Shown piece by piece: positions 46,483 to 57,004 of a stretch of 64,000 nt of DNA. The position numbers and the translations under genes were made by a program. Every line of letters starts with the position of its first letter. The first letter of the stretch is position 1. Below the pieces are notes generated by a model. That model was given only the letters and a program-made list of their open reading frames with translations. It did not search any database and had not been told where the DNA came from. This DNA is from an uncultured virus (IMG/VR IMGVR_UViG_3300024259_001989) (lineage: Duplodnaviria; Heunggongvirae; Uroviricota; Caudoviricetes): IMG/VR virus record IMGVR_UViG_3300024259_001989; one strand, given 5' to 3'.

Positions 46483-47272
46483 GAAATGTAGGGTTTGTGG
46501 TGAGGAAAAATCATTGGACGATTTTTATTATCGTAAAGATAGTGGGGAGTATAGGAACGAGTGTAAGAAGTGTATTATAATAAAAAATAATCAACATTCT
46601 TCAAAAAATTATGAAAAGAATAAAGAAAAAATAAAAAAACAATCGGATGGATATTATAAGAATAATAAAGAAGTAATTTTAAAGCGTCATAAGGTATATC
46701 AAGAAAAGAATAAAGATAAAATTAAAGAATATATTAATAGCTACATTAAAAATAATAAAGAGAAGATAAGAGATAATAGTAAACAGCACTATGTTAAAAA
46801 TAAAGAAAAAATACTAGAAAATAATAAACTGTATTATAAAAATAATAAAGATAAGATAAGAAAAAGACATAAAAAATATGAAAGTCAAGTAGAGGCTATA
46901 GAAAAACGTAGAAAAAGAGATATAAAAAAAAGAGCAAATCCAGTATTCAGATTATGCCAAAGTGTGTCTGTTGGAATTAGTCAATCTCTCAAACTTCAAA
47001 ATCTATCTAAAGGAGGTAGACATTGGGAAAGTTTGGTTGGATACACTGTTCAAGAATTAAAAAGTCATATAGAAAGTTTATTTCAACCAGGAATGACTTG
47101 GGACAATAAAGGGGAATGGCATTTGGACCATATCGTACCAAAATCATTTTTTAAATATACTTCGACTGATGATGTAGAGTTTAAATATTGTTGGAGTTTA
47201 AATAATCTTCAACCTCTTTGGAAAAAAGATAATTTATCAAAAGGTAACAGATTGATTAGGAGAGATATGTAA
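46472..47272 (+). CDS. HNH-type homing endonuclease
   Basis: CRVC...ECKKC, Y.KNKEKI repeats, WHLDHIVP...NLQPLW.KDNLSK. Confidence 0.8.
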   Translation: MASKKCRVCGEEKSLDDFYYRKDSGEYRNECKKCIIIKNNQHSSKNYEKNKEKIKKQSDGYYKNNKEVILKRHKVYQEKNKDKIKEYINSYIKNNKEKIRDNSKQHYVKNKEKILENNKLYYKNNKDKIRKRHKKYESQVEAIEKRRKRDIKKRANPVFRLCQSVSVGISQSLKLQNLSKGGRHWESLVGYTVQELKSHIESLFQPGMTWDNKGEWHLDHIVPKSFFKYTSTDDVEFKYCWSLNNLQPLWKKDNLSKGNRLIRRDM

Positions 47273-49218
47273 TGTCTTTTACAGTCGTGCATTTAATAGA
47301 CTCATTGCTTATTGGGGGTGCTCAAAGTTGTGCTTTTGAACTCTACCATAGTATCAACACATACTATCCTCAGTATCCTCAAAAATTTATATATACACAA
47401 CGTAACAAGTTTGATTCTCAATTTGTATCTTCTTATGGAGTCCCTTGTAGGCTTGCTAAAAATAATGACTGGATATTAAAGAAGATTAACAAGTGGGGGA
47501 AAGTTGTAGTCGTTTATCATAAGTTAGCAAGTTCAGGTTATAAGATATTAGATTTAATAAAATCTAGAACTAATGCCAAGATATTGGTTATCAATCATAC
47601 TTTTTATAAATCTTCTTCTTGGAATAATACAAAGAGTGTTGACGTGATGGTGGCGGTTAGTAATAATATGCTGGAAAATATGCAGAAGTGGTATCCTAGT
47701 TTTAAAAAAGTTCATATTTATAATTCTGTTTCGTCTAGTAGGTATGACCCTATTGAACCTAGAGGAATGGATAAAAAAGGAATTTTTCTCACAGGCCGTT
47801 GCAATAGGATATGCGGTTGGAAGCATAGTAATACTTGGAATGATTGGTGTAAGAATGTGAAATTACCAACTAAGATGGTTCATGAGTATATAGGCGGTGG
47901 AATAGGAGGTCGCAATAAGTATTCTAAGGGGAGAAGGGAGAAGGGTAGAAATGTTGTTCATATGATGGGTGGTATTAGTAATTTTAATACAAAAATTTCT
48001 ATCATGAAGGATTGGGACTTGATGGTCTACGAAACCTTGAAAACCGAAGGTGTTAGTATGGCCATTTTAGAATCTCTAGCATGCGGGGTACCTGTAATGT
48101 GTTCAAGGCATCACGGTAACCTGGAAGTAATAGAAGAAGGAATCAATGGATATGTTTTTAAAGATAAATATCAAGCTCAAAAAATATTAGCACATCTAAT
48201 AAAACATCCAAAAGAATTAGCTAGACTCAAAGAGACCACAAAGCGTCATTTTGTAGAGAAGTTAGATTCTAGGCATTCTGCTTATCAATATATAAAAGTT
48301 ATGGAGGAGATTATGGGAAATAACTCAGATAGTATCAAAAAACCAGAGCAGAATTTAGAAGTAATTGAGCAGTTTAAAAATGAAGTTGTTCCTATCGTTG
48401 TAAACGATGTTAAGGAGGAAGTTAAAGAAGAAGTTAAGAAAGAACCTAATAGAAAATTCTCCATATTGACATCTAGTTTTAATAAGGGAGAGTTTTTAGA
48501 TGATTGGTTTAAGTCTATTATAGCACAAAAATACAGACCATTAGAAGTTGTTTTTGCCAATGACTGTTCGACAGATAATACATTAGCAAGAATAGATAAT
48601 TATAAAAAGCAGTTTAATGATAACGGTATAGAGTTTGTTTTAGTTAATAATGAGAAGAGGTTGTATTGCGGTTCATCATATAAAAATTTACTTCCTTATG
48701 CTACAGGATCATATTTTGGAGTATTAGATGCTGACGATATGCTAGTAAATGATTCAGTGGAATATATTATGAAGAAGTATGATGAGCATCCTCAAGTATC
48801 TTGGATTTATACTCAGTATCAAAATTGTGATATGAATATGAAACCTCGTAGAAAAGGTTTTTGTTGTTGCCCAGGAAAAAGAGAGACTTTGTTAGATCTT
48901 GGCAATAGGAGAGTTCATGGTTTTGGTCATTGGAGAACATTTTGTTATAGATTCCCTAGGCCAGGTAAATTGTTCGGCAAGAAGTTAAAATGTGGTGTAG
49001 ATAAATTTATGGGATATAGATTAGAAGAGTTTGGTCAGGGTATGTTTGTTGACAGAATATGTTACAAGTATAGACAGCATCCTGTTGGTTCTCCTAAATC
49101 AGTTTCTTCCACTAAGGAAGCAATAAACGTATGGTCAGATATTAAAAAAAGAGCAGCAGCTAGAAGAAAGAGATATAACTTAAAACCATTACAAATAATT
49201 AATTGTAAAAAGGTTTAG
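47272..49218 (+). CDS. GT4 + GT2 fusion glycosyltransferase
   Basis: GGAQ...EGVSMAILESLACGVPV; then NDCSTD...VLDADD. Confidence 0.88.
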   Translation: MSFTVVHLIDSLLIGGAQSCAFELYHSINTYYPQYPQKFIYTQRNKFDSQFVSSYGVPCRLAKNNDWILKKINKWGKVVVVYHKLASSGYKILDLIKSRTNAKILVINHTFYKSSSWNNTKSVDVMVAVSNNMLENMQKWYPSFKKVHIYNSVSSSRYDPIEPRGMDKKGIFLTGRCNRICGWKHSNTWNDWCKNVKLPTKMVHEYIGGGIGGRNKYSKGRREKGRNVVHMMGGISNFNTKISIMKDWDLMVYETLKTEGVSMAILESLACGVPVMCSRHHGNLEVIEEGINGYVFKDKYQAQKILAHLIKHPKELARLKETTKRHFVEKLDSRHSAYQYIKVMEEIMGNNSDSIKKPEQNLEVIEQFKNEVVPIVVNDVKEEVKEEVKKEPNRKFSILTSSFNKGEFLDDWFKSIIAQKYRPLEVVFANDCSTDNTLARIDNYKKQFNDNGIEFVLVNNEKRLYCGSSYKNLLPYATGSYFGVLDADDMLVNDSVEYIMKKYDEHPQVSWIYTQYQNCDMNMKPRRKGFCCCPGKRETLLDLGNRRVHGFGHWRTFCYRFPRPGKLFGKKLKCGVDKFMGYRLEEFGQGMFVDRICYKYRQHPVGSPKSVSSTKEAINVWSDIKKRAAARRKRYNLKPLQIINCKKV

Positions 49219-49219
49219 C

Positions 49220-49981
49220 ATGAATAATAAATTTACTATTTTAACTGCTTCATCTAATAAATATCCTTATTTGAAAGATTGGATGGAATCTATTATAGCA
49301 CAAAAGTATAGGCCATTAGAAGTTGTTATGGTCGATGATTGCTCTGATGATAAGACTAGAAAACTTGTTAAACGATTTAGAAAAAGATTTAGTGAGAATA
49401 ATATAGAATTTCAATATTTTCGTAATAATAAAAGGTTGCATTGTAGTAGTACTTACAGGGTGGCTATAAAAAATGCTACAGGTGATTTTATGGGAGTATT
49501 AGATGCAGATGATATGTTAGTTGAAGATGCTGTTGAGTATATTATGAATAAGTATAATGAGCATGAAGAGATAGCATGGATATATACGCAATTTGGGATC
49601 TATACTGCTAATATGAGATATGTTAAGGACGGATTTTGCAGGATGCCTACCCATTGGGGATCTATGCTTGATTCTGGAGAGAGAAGAAAGCAGGTTTATT
49701 CTCATTGGAGAACTTTTTCAAGAAGGTGTAAGAATCTAGATACAGTTCTCCCTGAAGGACTGAGATGTGCAGTGGATAAATATATGGGTTATAAGTTAGA
49801 AGAGCTTGGTAACGGTATGTTCGTCAATAGAGTGTGTTATAAGTATAGGCAGGGCGTTAAGAGGGGCATTGTTGCTAAAGAGAGTACTAAAGATACATGG
49901 AAGAAATTAGTTCAAGAAATGGTTATAGAGAGAAAAAAGAATGGTATAAAGCCATATCCAATTATAGAAGGAGAAGCATAA
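49220..49981 (+). CDS. GT2 glycosyltransferase
   Basis: VDDCSDD, VLDADD; paralog of the upstream GT2 domain. Confidence 0.88.
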   Translation: MNNKFTILTASSNKYPYLKDWMESIIAQKYRPLEVVMVDDCSDDKTRKLVKRFRKRFSENNIEFQYFRNNKRLHCSSTYRVAIKNATGDFMGVLDADDMLVEDAVEYIMNKYNEHEEIAWIYTQFGIYTANMRYVKDGFCRMPTHWGSMLDSGERRKQVYSHWRTFSRRCKNLDTVLPEGLRCAVDKYMGYKLEELGNGMFVNRVCYKYRQGVKRGIVAKESTKDTWKKLVQEMVIERKKNGIKPYPIIEGEA

Positions 49982-50646
49982 TGGAAAGAACAAAAAAACA
50001 ATGGCATAGATATTTTATAGAAGAAATTTCTAACATTATTTCTAAACATGTCGATAAGGATAATGATGTTTTTGTTGAGTGTGGGGTAAAGCAGGGGTCT
50101 TCATCTGTAAGAATGGGACAAAGACTTGGTATTAATGGGTATCTATTTGATACTTGGAGTGGATTTCCTAATTTTTCTGATTTAGATGTTTATCATGATA
50201 AAGATAGGAGACAGATGGAGAATAGGATAAAAAAATCTAGTGATACTTATAATGACTGTTTGACAGCTCTTAAGAAGAAAGGAGTATTTAATCTCTGCAC
50301 TCTTGTTAGAGGTGATATCTTAGAAACTATTCCAGATTTTATGGATTGTTGGACAGTTAGACCTATAGCTATGATGCATATAGATACAGATCTTTATGAG
50401 CCAGCTAAAATATCTTTAGAATCTTTTTGGCCTCACGTTAAAGAAAGTGGAGTAGTTTATTTCCATGATTATGGAGATAAGAAATGGAGAGGAATAAAGA
50501 AGGTTGTCGATGATTTAGTATCTATAGATAATGATCTATATTTTCATCAATTTGATAATAATAAATTATTTTCAGCATGTATAGTAAAAGGTAAAAATAA
50601 AATTAGTGAAAACATTTTTAACAGCATAGTTAGTTTGGATAAATAA
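49981..50646 (+). CDS. TylF/MycF-family O-methyltransferase
   Basis: VECGV..G.S, FDTWSGFP, HIDTDLYE, FHDY. Confidence 0.85.
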   Translation: MERTKKQWHRYFIEEISNIISKHVDKDNDVFVECGVKQGSSSVRMGQRLGINGYLFDTWSGFPNFSDLDVYHDKDRRQMENRIKKSSDTYNDCLTALKKKGVFNLCTLVRGDILETIPDFMDCWTVRPIAMMHIDTDLYEPAKISLESFWPHVKESGVVYFHDYGDKKWRGIKKVVDDLVSIDNDLYFHQFDNNKLFSACIVKGKNKISENIFNSIVSLDK

Positions 50647-50650
50647 GAGT

Positions 50651-51268
50651 ATGTCGGATAATATGAAAGTTTCAGTTCTATGCGTTACTAGAAGGGCAAA
50701 TAGAGTTGGTGAATCTATAAAATCTTTGTATGATTTAGCAAATGATAAGAAGTCTGTTGAATGTCTTGTCTGGATAGATGACGATGATAGTGAAACTCAT
50801 GAAGTTCTTAAAAATTTAAAAAAAGAAATAGTTAATTTGAGATTATTTGTTTGTCCAAGAGTAGGTTTTAGCAATATGGGTTTTGTGTTTGAACATATGA
50901 TAAAAGCATCTAGGAGTGAAGTTTTATTTCCGTGGGCAGATGATTTTACAATGACTACTACTGGTTGGGACGAAAAGATGAGTAGGTATTCTGACGAGGC
51001 AGCTATAATTGGAATGCATACAAGGTTTGGATTTACTAAAAAATTATTAGAGAAACACGATATAGTAGGAATTGTAAAAGATCATACTCAGAATGGTAAT
51101 GAATATATTCAAAGTTATGGACAAAGGCATAATCTATATAAGCCAGTTGAAGAAGGGGCTACAAGTAAATGTTGGTTCAAAGTTGACAGACTTAAAAGAA
51201 TCGAAAGAGTAAATATTAGTTTGGAAGATATCGAAGCTGATTTTGATATTTTAAAATACGAAGTATAA
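50651..51268 (+). CDS. GT-A fold glycosyltransferase-like
   Basis: VSVL..TR.R, WIDDDD, WADDF. Confidence 0.6.
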   Translation: MSDNMKVSVLCVTRRANRVGESIKSLYDLANDKKSVECLVWIDDDDSETHEVLKNLKKEIVNLRLFVCPRVGFSNMGFVFEHMIKASRSEVLFPWADDFTMTTTGWDEKMSRYSDEAAIIGMHTRFGFTKKLLEKHDIVGIVKDHTQNGNEYIQSYGQRHNLYKPVEEGATSKCWFKVDRLKRIERVNISLEDIEADFDILKYEV

Positions 51269-51284
51269 GTTCAGGGAATAATAT

Positions 51285-52229
51285 ATGAAGCTTCTTATAG
51301 TAATGAAGAAATTTAGTGGCGGCCCTAAGATATTCAGAAAAAGACTTTCTGATGTTTTAGAAAAACGATCAAAAGAAACTGGGATAGAGATAGTTCATGA
51401 TCTTAATGGAAAGTTTGATGCAGAACTGGCTTTTGTAAGGACTTTGACTCAACATAGAAAACCTACTATTTTAAGAGTTGATGGATGCTATATTGGGGGA
51501 GGGTATGAAAGTAAGAACCGTATCTATAAAGATGCCGCTAGAACATCTAAATTTATAATTTATCAATCAGAATTTTCTCGCAGGATGTGTGAGAGCATAT
51601 GGGGGATTAACAAACCAAGTACAGTTATTAGTAACGGTATAAACTTTGACGAGATAAAGCATATAGAGAAAGATCCAGCTATACCATCAGGATCTTTTGT
51701 CGCATCAGCCATATGGAGAAAAAACAAAAGGCCTGTTTCTATGATACAAGGGTTTATAGATTCTGGAATAAGAAATCATCTTTATGTCGTAGGAGATACT
51801 TGTGGTATACCTCCAAAATATCTAAACAGGTTTAGGAGACATAAGAATATACATTTTCTTGGCACTTGTGATTTTGAGAGATCTATATCTATTTTTAAAT
51901 CATGTGATTATCAATTGCATCTTTCTCAGATAGAGTCTTGTCCTAATGCTGTTGTTGAGGGGTTAGCTTGCGGTCTTAAGGTTCTGTATAGTAATCTGCA
52001 AGGAACTAGAGAAATTGTGCCTCCTGAAGATGGGATTATGATTAAAACAGATAAATGGAAATTCAAACCTATAGGTCTTGGTCAACATGATAGGATTGCT
52101 CCTGGGTTAGTATCTGATGGAATACATAGGTTGTTAAAATTAAAAAGTGAGAAGAGAACGTATCGTCCTGAGATAGATATTAATGTCGTAGCAGATAAGT
52201 ATATAGAGGTTATAAAGCAAAATGTTTAA
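51285..52229 (+). CDS. GT4 glycosyltransferase
   Basis: ESCPNAVVEGLACG. Confidence 0.85.
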   Translation: MKLLIVMKKFSGGPKIFRKRLSDVLEKRSKETGIEIVHDLNGKFDAELAFVRTLTQHRKPTILRVDGCYIGGGYESKNRIYKDAARTSKFIIYQSEFSRRMCESIWGINKPSTVISNGINFDEIKHIEKDPAIPSGSFVASAIWRKNKRPVSMIQGFIDSGIRNHLYVVGDTCGIPPKYLNRFRRHKNIHFLGTCDFERSISIFKSCDYQLHLSQIESCPNAVVEGLACGLKVLYSNLQGTREIVPPEDGIMIKTDKWKFKPIGLGQHDRIAPGLVSDGIHRLLKLKSEKRTYRPEIDINVVADKYIEVIKQNV

Positions 52230-52953
52230 AGTATCGGTAGTGACAACCTTATACAATTATAAGGATTATATAGTTGATTGCATAGAGTCTTTTGTTAAGC
52301 AAGATTTTAAAAATTCTGAAATGATCATAGTTGATGATAACTCAACAGACAACCCATATCCTAATATCAAAAAGCATCTATCTGCTAGAGTCAAATACAT
52401 TAAATTAGATAAAAATAGGGGATACTCTCATGCTAAGAATGTAGGAATAGAAGCATCTAATTCTGACATTTTAGTTATGTTAGATGCTGATGATATGGCC
52501 ACTGAGAAGGGGATCTCGTTAAGATATGAAAAGTTACAGGAAGGTTATGATTTAGTTCACGGCCCTGTTCTTGATTTTACGATAAAGAATGGGAATATGA
52601 ATACAAAGGAATCAAGATTATGGCCGAAGTGGAAGAAAAGTAAGCAGGATGCTTCTTGTTATAAATTAATTCATGCTCAAAGCGTAATGCTTAAAAAAGA
52701 TATACATAAAAAAATAGGTCTGTATGATGAGTCTTTAAGAAGCAAAAGTGATAGAGAAATGTGGGCAAGAATATTAAATCATAATTTTAAAATGTCATAC
52801 GTGGAAGATTATGTCAGTCTTTATCGTAGACATAATAAGCAGATGCATAGATCTCCAGAGAAGTTGAGGATCAATGATAAATTACAAAAGAGAGTTTTAT
52901 CTTTGATAGAAAAAAGAAAAAAAGATTTGTCAGATATTAGAATGTTAAAATAG
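52222..52953 (+). CDS. GT2 glycosyltransferase
   Basis: VSVVTTLYN, VDDNSTD, MLDADD. Confidence 0.9.
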   Translation: MFKVSVVTTLYNYKDYIVDCIESFVKQDFKNSEMIIVDDNSTDNPYPNIKKHLSARVKYIKLDKNRGYSHAKNVGIEASNSDILVMLDADDMATEKGISLRYEKLQEGYDLVHGPVLDFTIKNGNMNTKESRLWPKWKKSKQDASCYKLIHAQSVMLKKDIHKKIGLYDESLRSKSDREMWARILNHNFKMSYVEDYVSLYRRHNKQMHRSPEKLRINDKLQKRVLSLIEKRKKDLSDIRMLK

Positions 52954-52961
52954 GATCTATT

Positions 52962-53312
52962 ATGAATAAGCAAGGAAAAATATGGGGCTTTACTTCGGAA
53001 ATATTTAGCAAGAATAATGTCGAAGTTCATCGAATTGAAGGTAACGCTAATAGTCACTGTTCTAAGCATATGCATGAGCATAAGTATAATATGTTTTTTG
53101 TTGAAAGTGGGACTATGGTTATTGAAAGATGGAAGAATGATTATAAACTTGTTGATTCTACTGTTTTAACTGCTGGTCAATCGTGTGTTGTTCCTCCATG
53201 TGAATATCATCAGTTTTTTGTTCAGGATGATTGTGTGGCTTATGAATTTTATTGGGTTGAAATAAGTTCTAAAGATATTGTTAGAGAAAGCGTAGGTGGA
53301 GTGAATGAGTAA
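52962..53312 (+). CDS. cupin (sugar isomerase-like)
   Basis: KIWG, CSKHMH..K.N.F.VESG, VPP..YHQF. Confidence 0.75.
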   Translation: MNKQGKIWGFTSEIFSKNNVEVHRIEGNANSHCSKHMHEHKYNMFFVESGTMVIERWKNDYKLVDSTVLTAGQSCVVPPCEYHQFFVQDDCVAYEFYWVEISSKDIVRESVGGVNE

Positions 53313-54081
53313 GAAAGCTGTTTTAATTCAGACTCCTGCGTTTATGTTTGATCTTTTTAAAGTATTTTATCATGAAGCTAAGAAGTTTAATTTTTTTGAT
53401 AAATTTTATATAGTCACAGATTCGAAAGAGAATAGTCTTGGTGAAGATTGCACACTTATTAGACTAGATAAAGATAGAGAGTTCGGCTCTAATATGATTT
53501 CTGCATTAAAATACGTAGAAGAAGATATATTTATGGTATGTTGCGAGGATCATATTCTGTTAGAAAAAAATAATGTTGATGAGTGGACTAAATGTTTTGA
53601 CAAGTTTTGCAAGACACCAGATATGGGGTTTTTAAGGCTAACAAATACTAAGAAAAAAGTTCTCCCACTAAATGGGAAAGATAGTATAAGCGATAATATA
53701 TTCCCAATAGCTACTAAATATCGTTATTACATTTCTTTACAGCCAGCACTATGGAGAAAAGATTATTTTAGATTTATATTAGAAGATGGGTGGAACTCTA
53801 AGCAATTTGAATGGCAGGGTGCTAAAAAGAGCAGAAGAGCAGTTAGGAATAATAGAAGCCCTAAGGGGTTGAGATCCTACAGCGTTGACGACACGGTTAT
53901 TTTTAGAACTAATTTGTCTAAAGAGCAGTCGGGATATTATAGAAACAAATTTGTAGATTATGCATTAAAATATAATTTGCCGATTGACAAATCAAAAAAA
54001 ATAAAATGTAGAGATGGACTTTTTAGTTTTGATGAGTATGTTAGGGAGTTTTCGAAGGAGAAAAATGAACATAAAAGCTGA
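53305..54081 (+). CDS. GT-A-like glycosyltransferase
   Basis: CEDH, SLQPALWRK. Confidence 0.55.
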   Translation: MSKKAVLIQTPAFMFDLFKVFYHEAKKFNFFDKFYIVTDSKENSLGEDCTLIRLDKDREFGSNMISALKYVEEDIFMVCCEDHILLEKNNVDEWTKCFDKFCKTPDMGFLRLTNTKKKVLPLNGKDSISDNIFPIATKYRYYISLQPALWRKDYFRFILEDGWNSKQFEWQGAKKSRRAVRNNRSPKGLRSYSVDDTVIFRTNLSKEQSGYYRNKFVDYALKYNLPIDKSKKIKCRDGLFSFDEYVREFSKEKNEHKS

Positions 54082-55072
54082 TAAATTTAAATCTTTGATA
54101 GCTGTTGATAAAAAACGTAGAATAATAAAGATACCCAACAAGGTCATGAGGAAGCAAAGATGGGCAGCGGATCAAGATAAACATCTTGCACCAAATTCTA
54201 TTTGTATCGTTTGTAATTTTTCCTATTATTATAAAGATAGAGGATGGTCTAATAATGTTAAAGCTATTTGCCATCCATTTAAAACGACAAGCATGTTTCC
54301 TAATAATATTGATTTGCACTTATTTTCAGAATCAGATTTTTGTGATCCAATGTGGATGCCAGATATAAAATTATTAGCGAATAGATCTGACTACGAATAT
54401 GATTTTTTCTGCTATACAATAGATAGTGGTCAGGGTGTAAGATGTAAAGGAGCTTATGCTCTACCTCTTATTTTTCAAGTGGCTAAAGAGTCAGGAATGA
54501 ATGGACTCCTGCTTGATTATTATCCAAAGTTTCCTAGACCAGCTTGCCTAGAGCCTGAGGGCAGAGATAAACAAGTCAGAGAAGTAAGATCTCTATTAAA
54601 AAAAATGGATAACATAAAAATAGAAAGAGGGTGGTTTGATCAGACAAAAATTAACAATCTGATGAATCGATGCAAATTCGTTATATTTCCTAATACAAAT
54701 GATGCTAGTCCTAGAACAATACCTGAAACATTATTGAGAGGCAAACCAATTCTTGTTAATAAAAATATTTTAGGTGGATGGAAGTATGTTAAAGAAAATA
54801 ATGGTCAGCTCTTTGATTGTGCTTCTGATTATGAGCAGTTCAATAAAAATAGAGATTTTTATTATGAAGAAATTAAAAGATCACTAATAGCAATGAAGGA
54901 AAGAAAAGATGATTCTAAGATTGTTAATAGAAGTTTTTTAGATGAGTATGGTTTTGAAAGATCTTCTAAAAGATTGGCTAAAATTATTAATAGGATAGAA
55001 GGTCATAAAAAATATAGGTATGTAGCCTACAAAGAATTTAGAAGTTATCTAGAAATGATAAAAGGAAAATAA
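54065..55072 (+). CDS. GT-B-like glycosyltransferase
   Basis: DASPRTIPETL..GKPILVN..ILGGWKY. Confidence 0.65.
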   Translation: MNIKADKFKSLIAVDKKRRIIKIPNKVMRKQRWAADQDKHLAPNSICIVCNFSYYYKDRGWSNNVKAICHPFKTTSMFPNNIDLHLFSESDFCDPMWMPDIKLLANRSDYEYDFFCYTIDSGQGVRCKGAYALPLIFQVAKESGMNGLLLDYYPKFPRPACLEPEGRDKQVREVRSLLKKMDNIKIERGWFDQTKINNLMNRCKFVIFPNTNDASPRTIPETLLRGKPILVNKNILGGWKYVKENNGQLFDCASDYEQFNKNRDFYYEEIKRSLIAMKERKDDSKIVNRSFLDEYGFERSSKRLAKIINRIEGHKKYRYVAYKEFRSYLEMIKGK

Positions 55073-55073
55073 A

Positions 55074-55574
55074 ATGGGAAAAGGTTTTTTAATGTGTAAA
55101 GAGATTCACGAATGGATCGAAGAGAATATTCCTAAGGGAAGCACGATATTGGAGCTAGGTAGCGGTAAGGGAACGACTAGGTTAGTAGAAAATTATAATG
55201 TATATTCAATTGAGCATAGTAAAAAATGGATGAACCGTTATGGGTCAAATTATATCTATGCTCCTATTAAAAACGGATGGTATGATATTGAAGCAATAAA
55301 GAAGGGCATCCCTAAACATTATGATTTATTACTAATAGATGGTCCGCCTAGAAAAATAGACGGAGTAAAAATAGGAAGGATGCCTTTTGCAGATAATATA
55401 GACCTGTTTAATACCGATGTCGCAATTATAGTCGATGATTCTGATAGAGGAAGGGAAATGAAGCTTCTTAAAAATATGGTAAAAAAAATAGGAAGAGAGT
55501 ACACAAATCATAAAGGAAGAGATCATAGAGGCAAAGGAACTATGTTCGCAATTTTTGACAAAGTTAATAACTAA
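55074..55574 (+). CDS. class I SAM-dependent methyltransferase
   Basis: ILELGSGKGT, SIEH, LLIDGP, IVDD. Confidence 0.75.
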   Translation: MGKGFLMCKEIHEWIEENIPKGSTILELGSGKGTTRLVENYNVYSIEHSKKWMNRYGSNYIYAPIKNGWYDIEAIKKGIPKHYDLLLIDGPPRKIDGVKIGRMPFADNIDLFNTDVAIIVDDSDRGREMKLLKNMVKKIGREYTNHKGRDHRGKGTMFAIFDKVNN

Positions 55575-55589
55575 ATATAAGGATTAAAA

Positions 55590-56990
55590 ATGAAAGAATC
55601 GAAAATAGCTGATATTAAATTAGCTGGGTGGGGAAGAAAAGAAATCAAACTGGCTGAAAATGAGATGCCAGGTCTAATGGCTATAAGGAAAAAATACGGA
55701 GAAGAAAAACCTTTGAAGGGTTTTAAAATCATGGGTAGTTTACACATGACTATTCAAACTGCAGTCCTTATAGAAACTCTATATGATCTGGGTGCTGATT
55801 TAAGGTGGGCTAGTTGTAACATATTTTCTACACAAGATCATGCAGCAGCTGCTATCGTAGAAGCGGGTACCTCTGTGGTTTTTGCATGGAAGAATGAATC
55901 TTTAGATGAATATTGGGAATGCACAAATAATGCATTAACATGGCCTGATGGTTCGGGGCCTGATATGATTGTTGATGATGGTGGAGATGCAACATTATTT
56001 GTTATTCGTGGTATGAAAGCTGAGAAAGACTCATCCATACTTGATGAAGAAACATCTAATGCCGAATTAAAGATTGTCAATAGAATGCTAAAAGATAGTA
56101 TTGAAAAAAGCCCTAACAAATGGACTGGCATATGTTCTAAGATAAGAGGCATATCAGAAGAGACTACTACGGGAGTTCATAGACTGTATCAGCTGGAAGA
56201 ATCTGGGGATCTACCTTTTCATGCTATAAATGTTAACGATGCTGTAACGAAATCAAAATTTGATAATTTGTATGGATGTAGAGAATCTCTTTCGGATGGT
56301 ATTAAAAGGGCTACTGATATTATGATAGCAGGTAAAGTTGTTATCGTCTGTGGTTATGGAGATGTAGGAAAGGGATGCTCTCAATCTATGAGGGGTCTTG
56401 GGGCTAGAGTTATAGTAACAGAGATAGATCCTATATGTGCTTTGCAAGCAGCTATGGAGGGATATCAAGTATCTACAATGGAAGACATTGTAGAAGAAGG
56501 AGATATATTTATTACAACTACGGGTTGCTCAGATGTTATTACTGGTAGACATATGGAGAGAATGAAGAACGAGGCAATTGTTTGTAATATAGGTCATTTT
56601 GATAGTGAGATAGAAACTTCATATTTGTATGAAACAGAAACTTGTAAAAGAGAAAATATTAAACCTCAGGTTGATAAGTGGACGATGACATCTGGTAATG
56701 CTATTATCTTATTGGCAGAGGGAAGATTGGTTAATCTTGGTTGTGCGACAGGTCATCCTAGCTTTGTGATGAGTAATAGTTTTACGAATCAGGTATTAGC
56801 TCAGATTATGCTAGCGAAAAATGATCTTCCTGCAAGTGTTAGTGTTCTTCCTAAGTTGTTAGATGAAGAAGTTGCATTTTTACACTTGGATAAAGTTGGG
56901 GTTAAATTAACTAAGCTTACGGATGAGCAGGCAAATTATTTAGGAATATCTAAAGATGGGCCTTTTAAATCAGATTCTTATAGATACTAA
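55590..56990 (+). CDS. ahcY: adenosylhomocysteinase (SAH hydrolase)
   Basis: [57 protein letters not shown]. Confidence 0.98.
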   Translation: MKESKIADIKLAGWGRKEIKLAENEMPGLMAIRKKYGEEKPLKGFKIMGSLHMTIQTAVLIETLYDLGADLRWASCNIFSTQDHAAAAIVEAGTSVVFAWKNESLDEYWECTNNALTWPDGSGPDMIVDDGGDATLFVIRGMKAEKDSSILDEETSNAELKIVNRMLKDSIEKSPNKWTGICSKIRGISEETTTGVHRLYQLEESGDLPFHAINVNDAVTKSKFDNLYGCRESLSDGIKRATDIMIAGKVVIVCGYGDVGKGCSQSMRGLGARVIVTEIDPICALQAAMEGYQVSTMEDIVEEGDIFITTTGCSDVITGRHMERMKNEAIVCNIGHFDSEIETSYLYETETCKRENIKPQVDKWTMTSGNAIILLAEGRLVNLGCATGHPSFVMSNSFTNQVLAQIMLAKNDLPASVSVLPKLLDEEVAFLHLDKVGVKLTKLTDEQANYLGISKDGPFKSDSYRY

Positions 56991-57004
56991 TAGGTGTAAC
57001 AATT

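Noticed and set aside
46600..46880. AAGAATAAAGAAAAAATA-like repeats
   Set aside because: They encode Y.KNKEKI helical repeats within the HNH protein.
51230..51268. ADFDILKYEV as another copy of the tag
   Set aside because: Lacks the Arg and the terminal DL, and is not flush with the stop.
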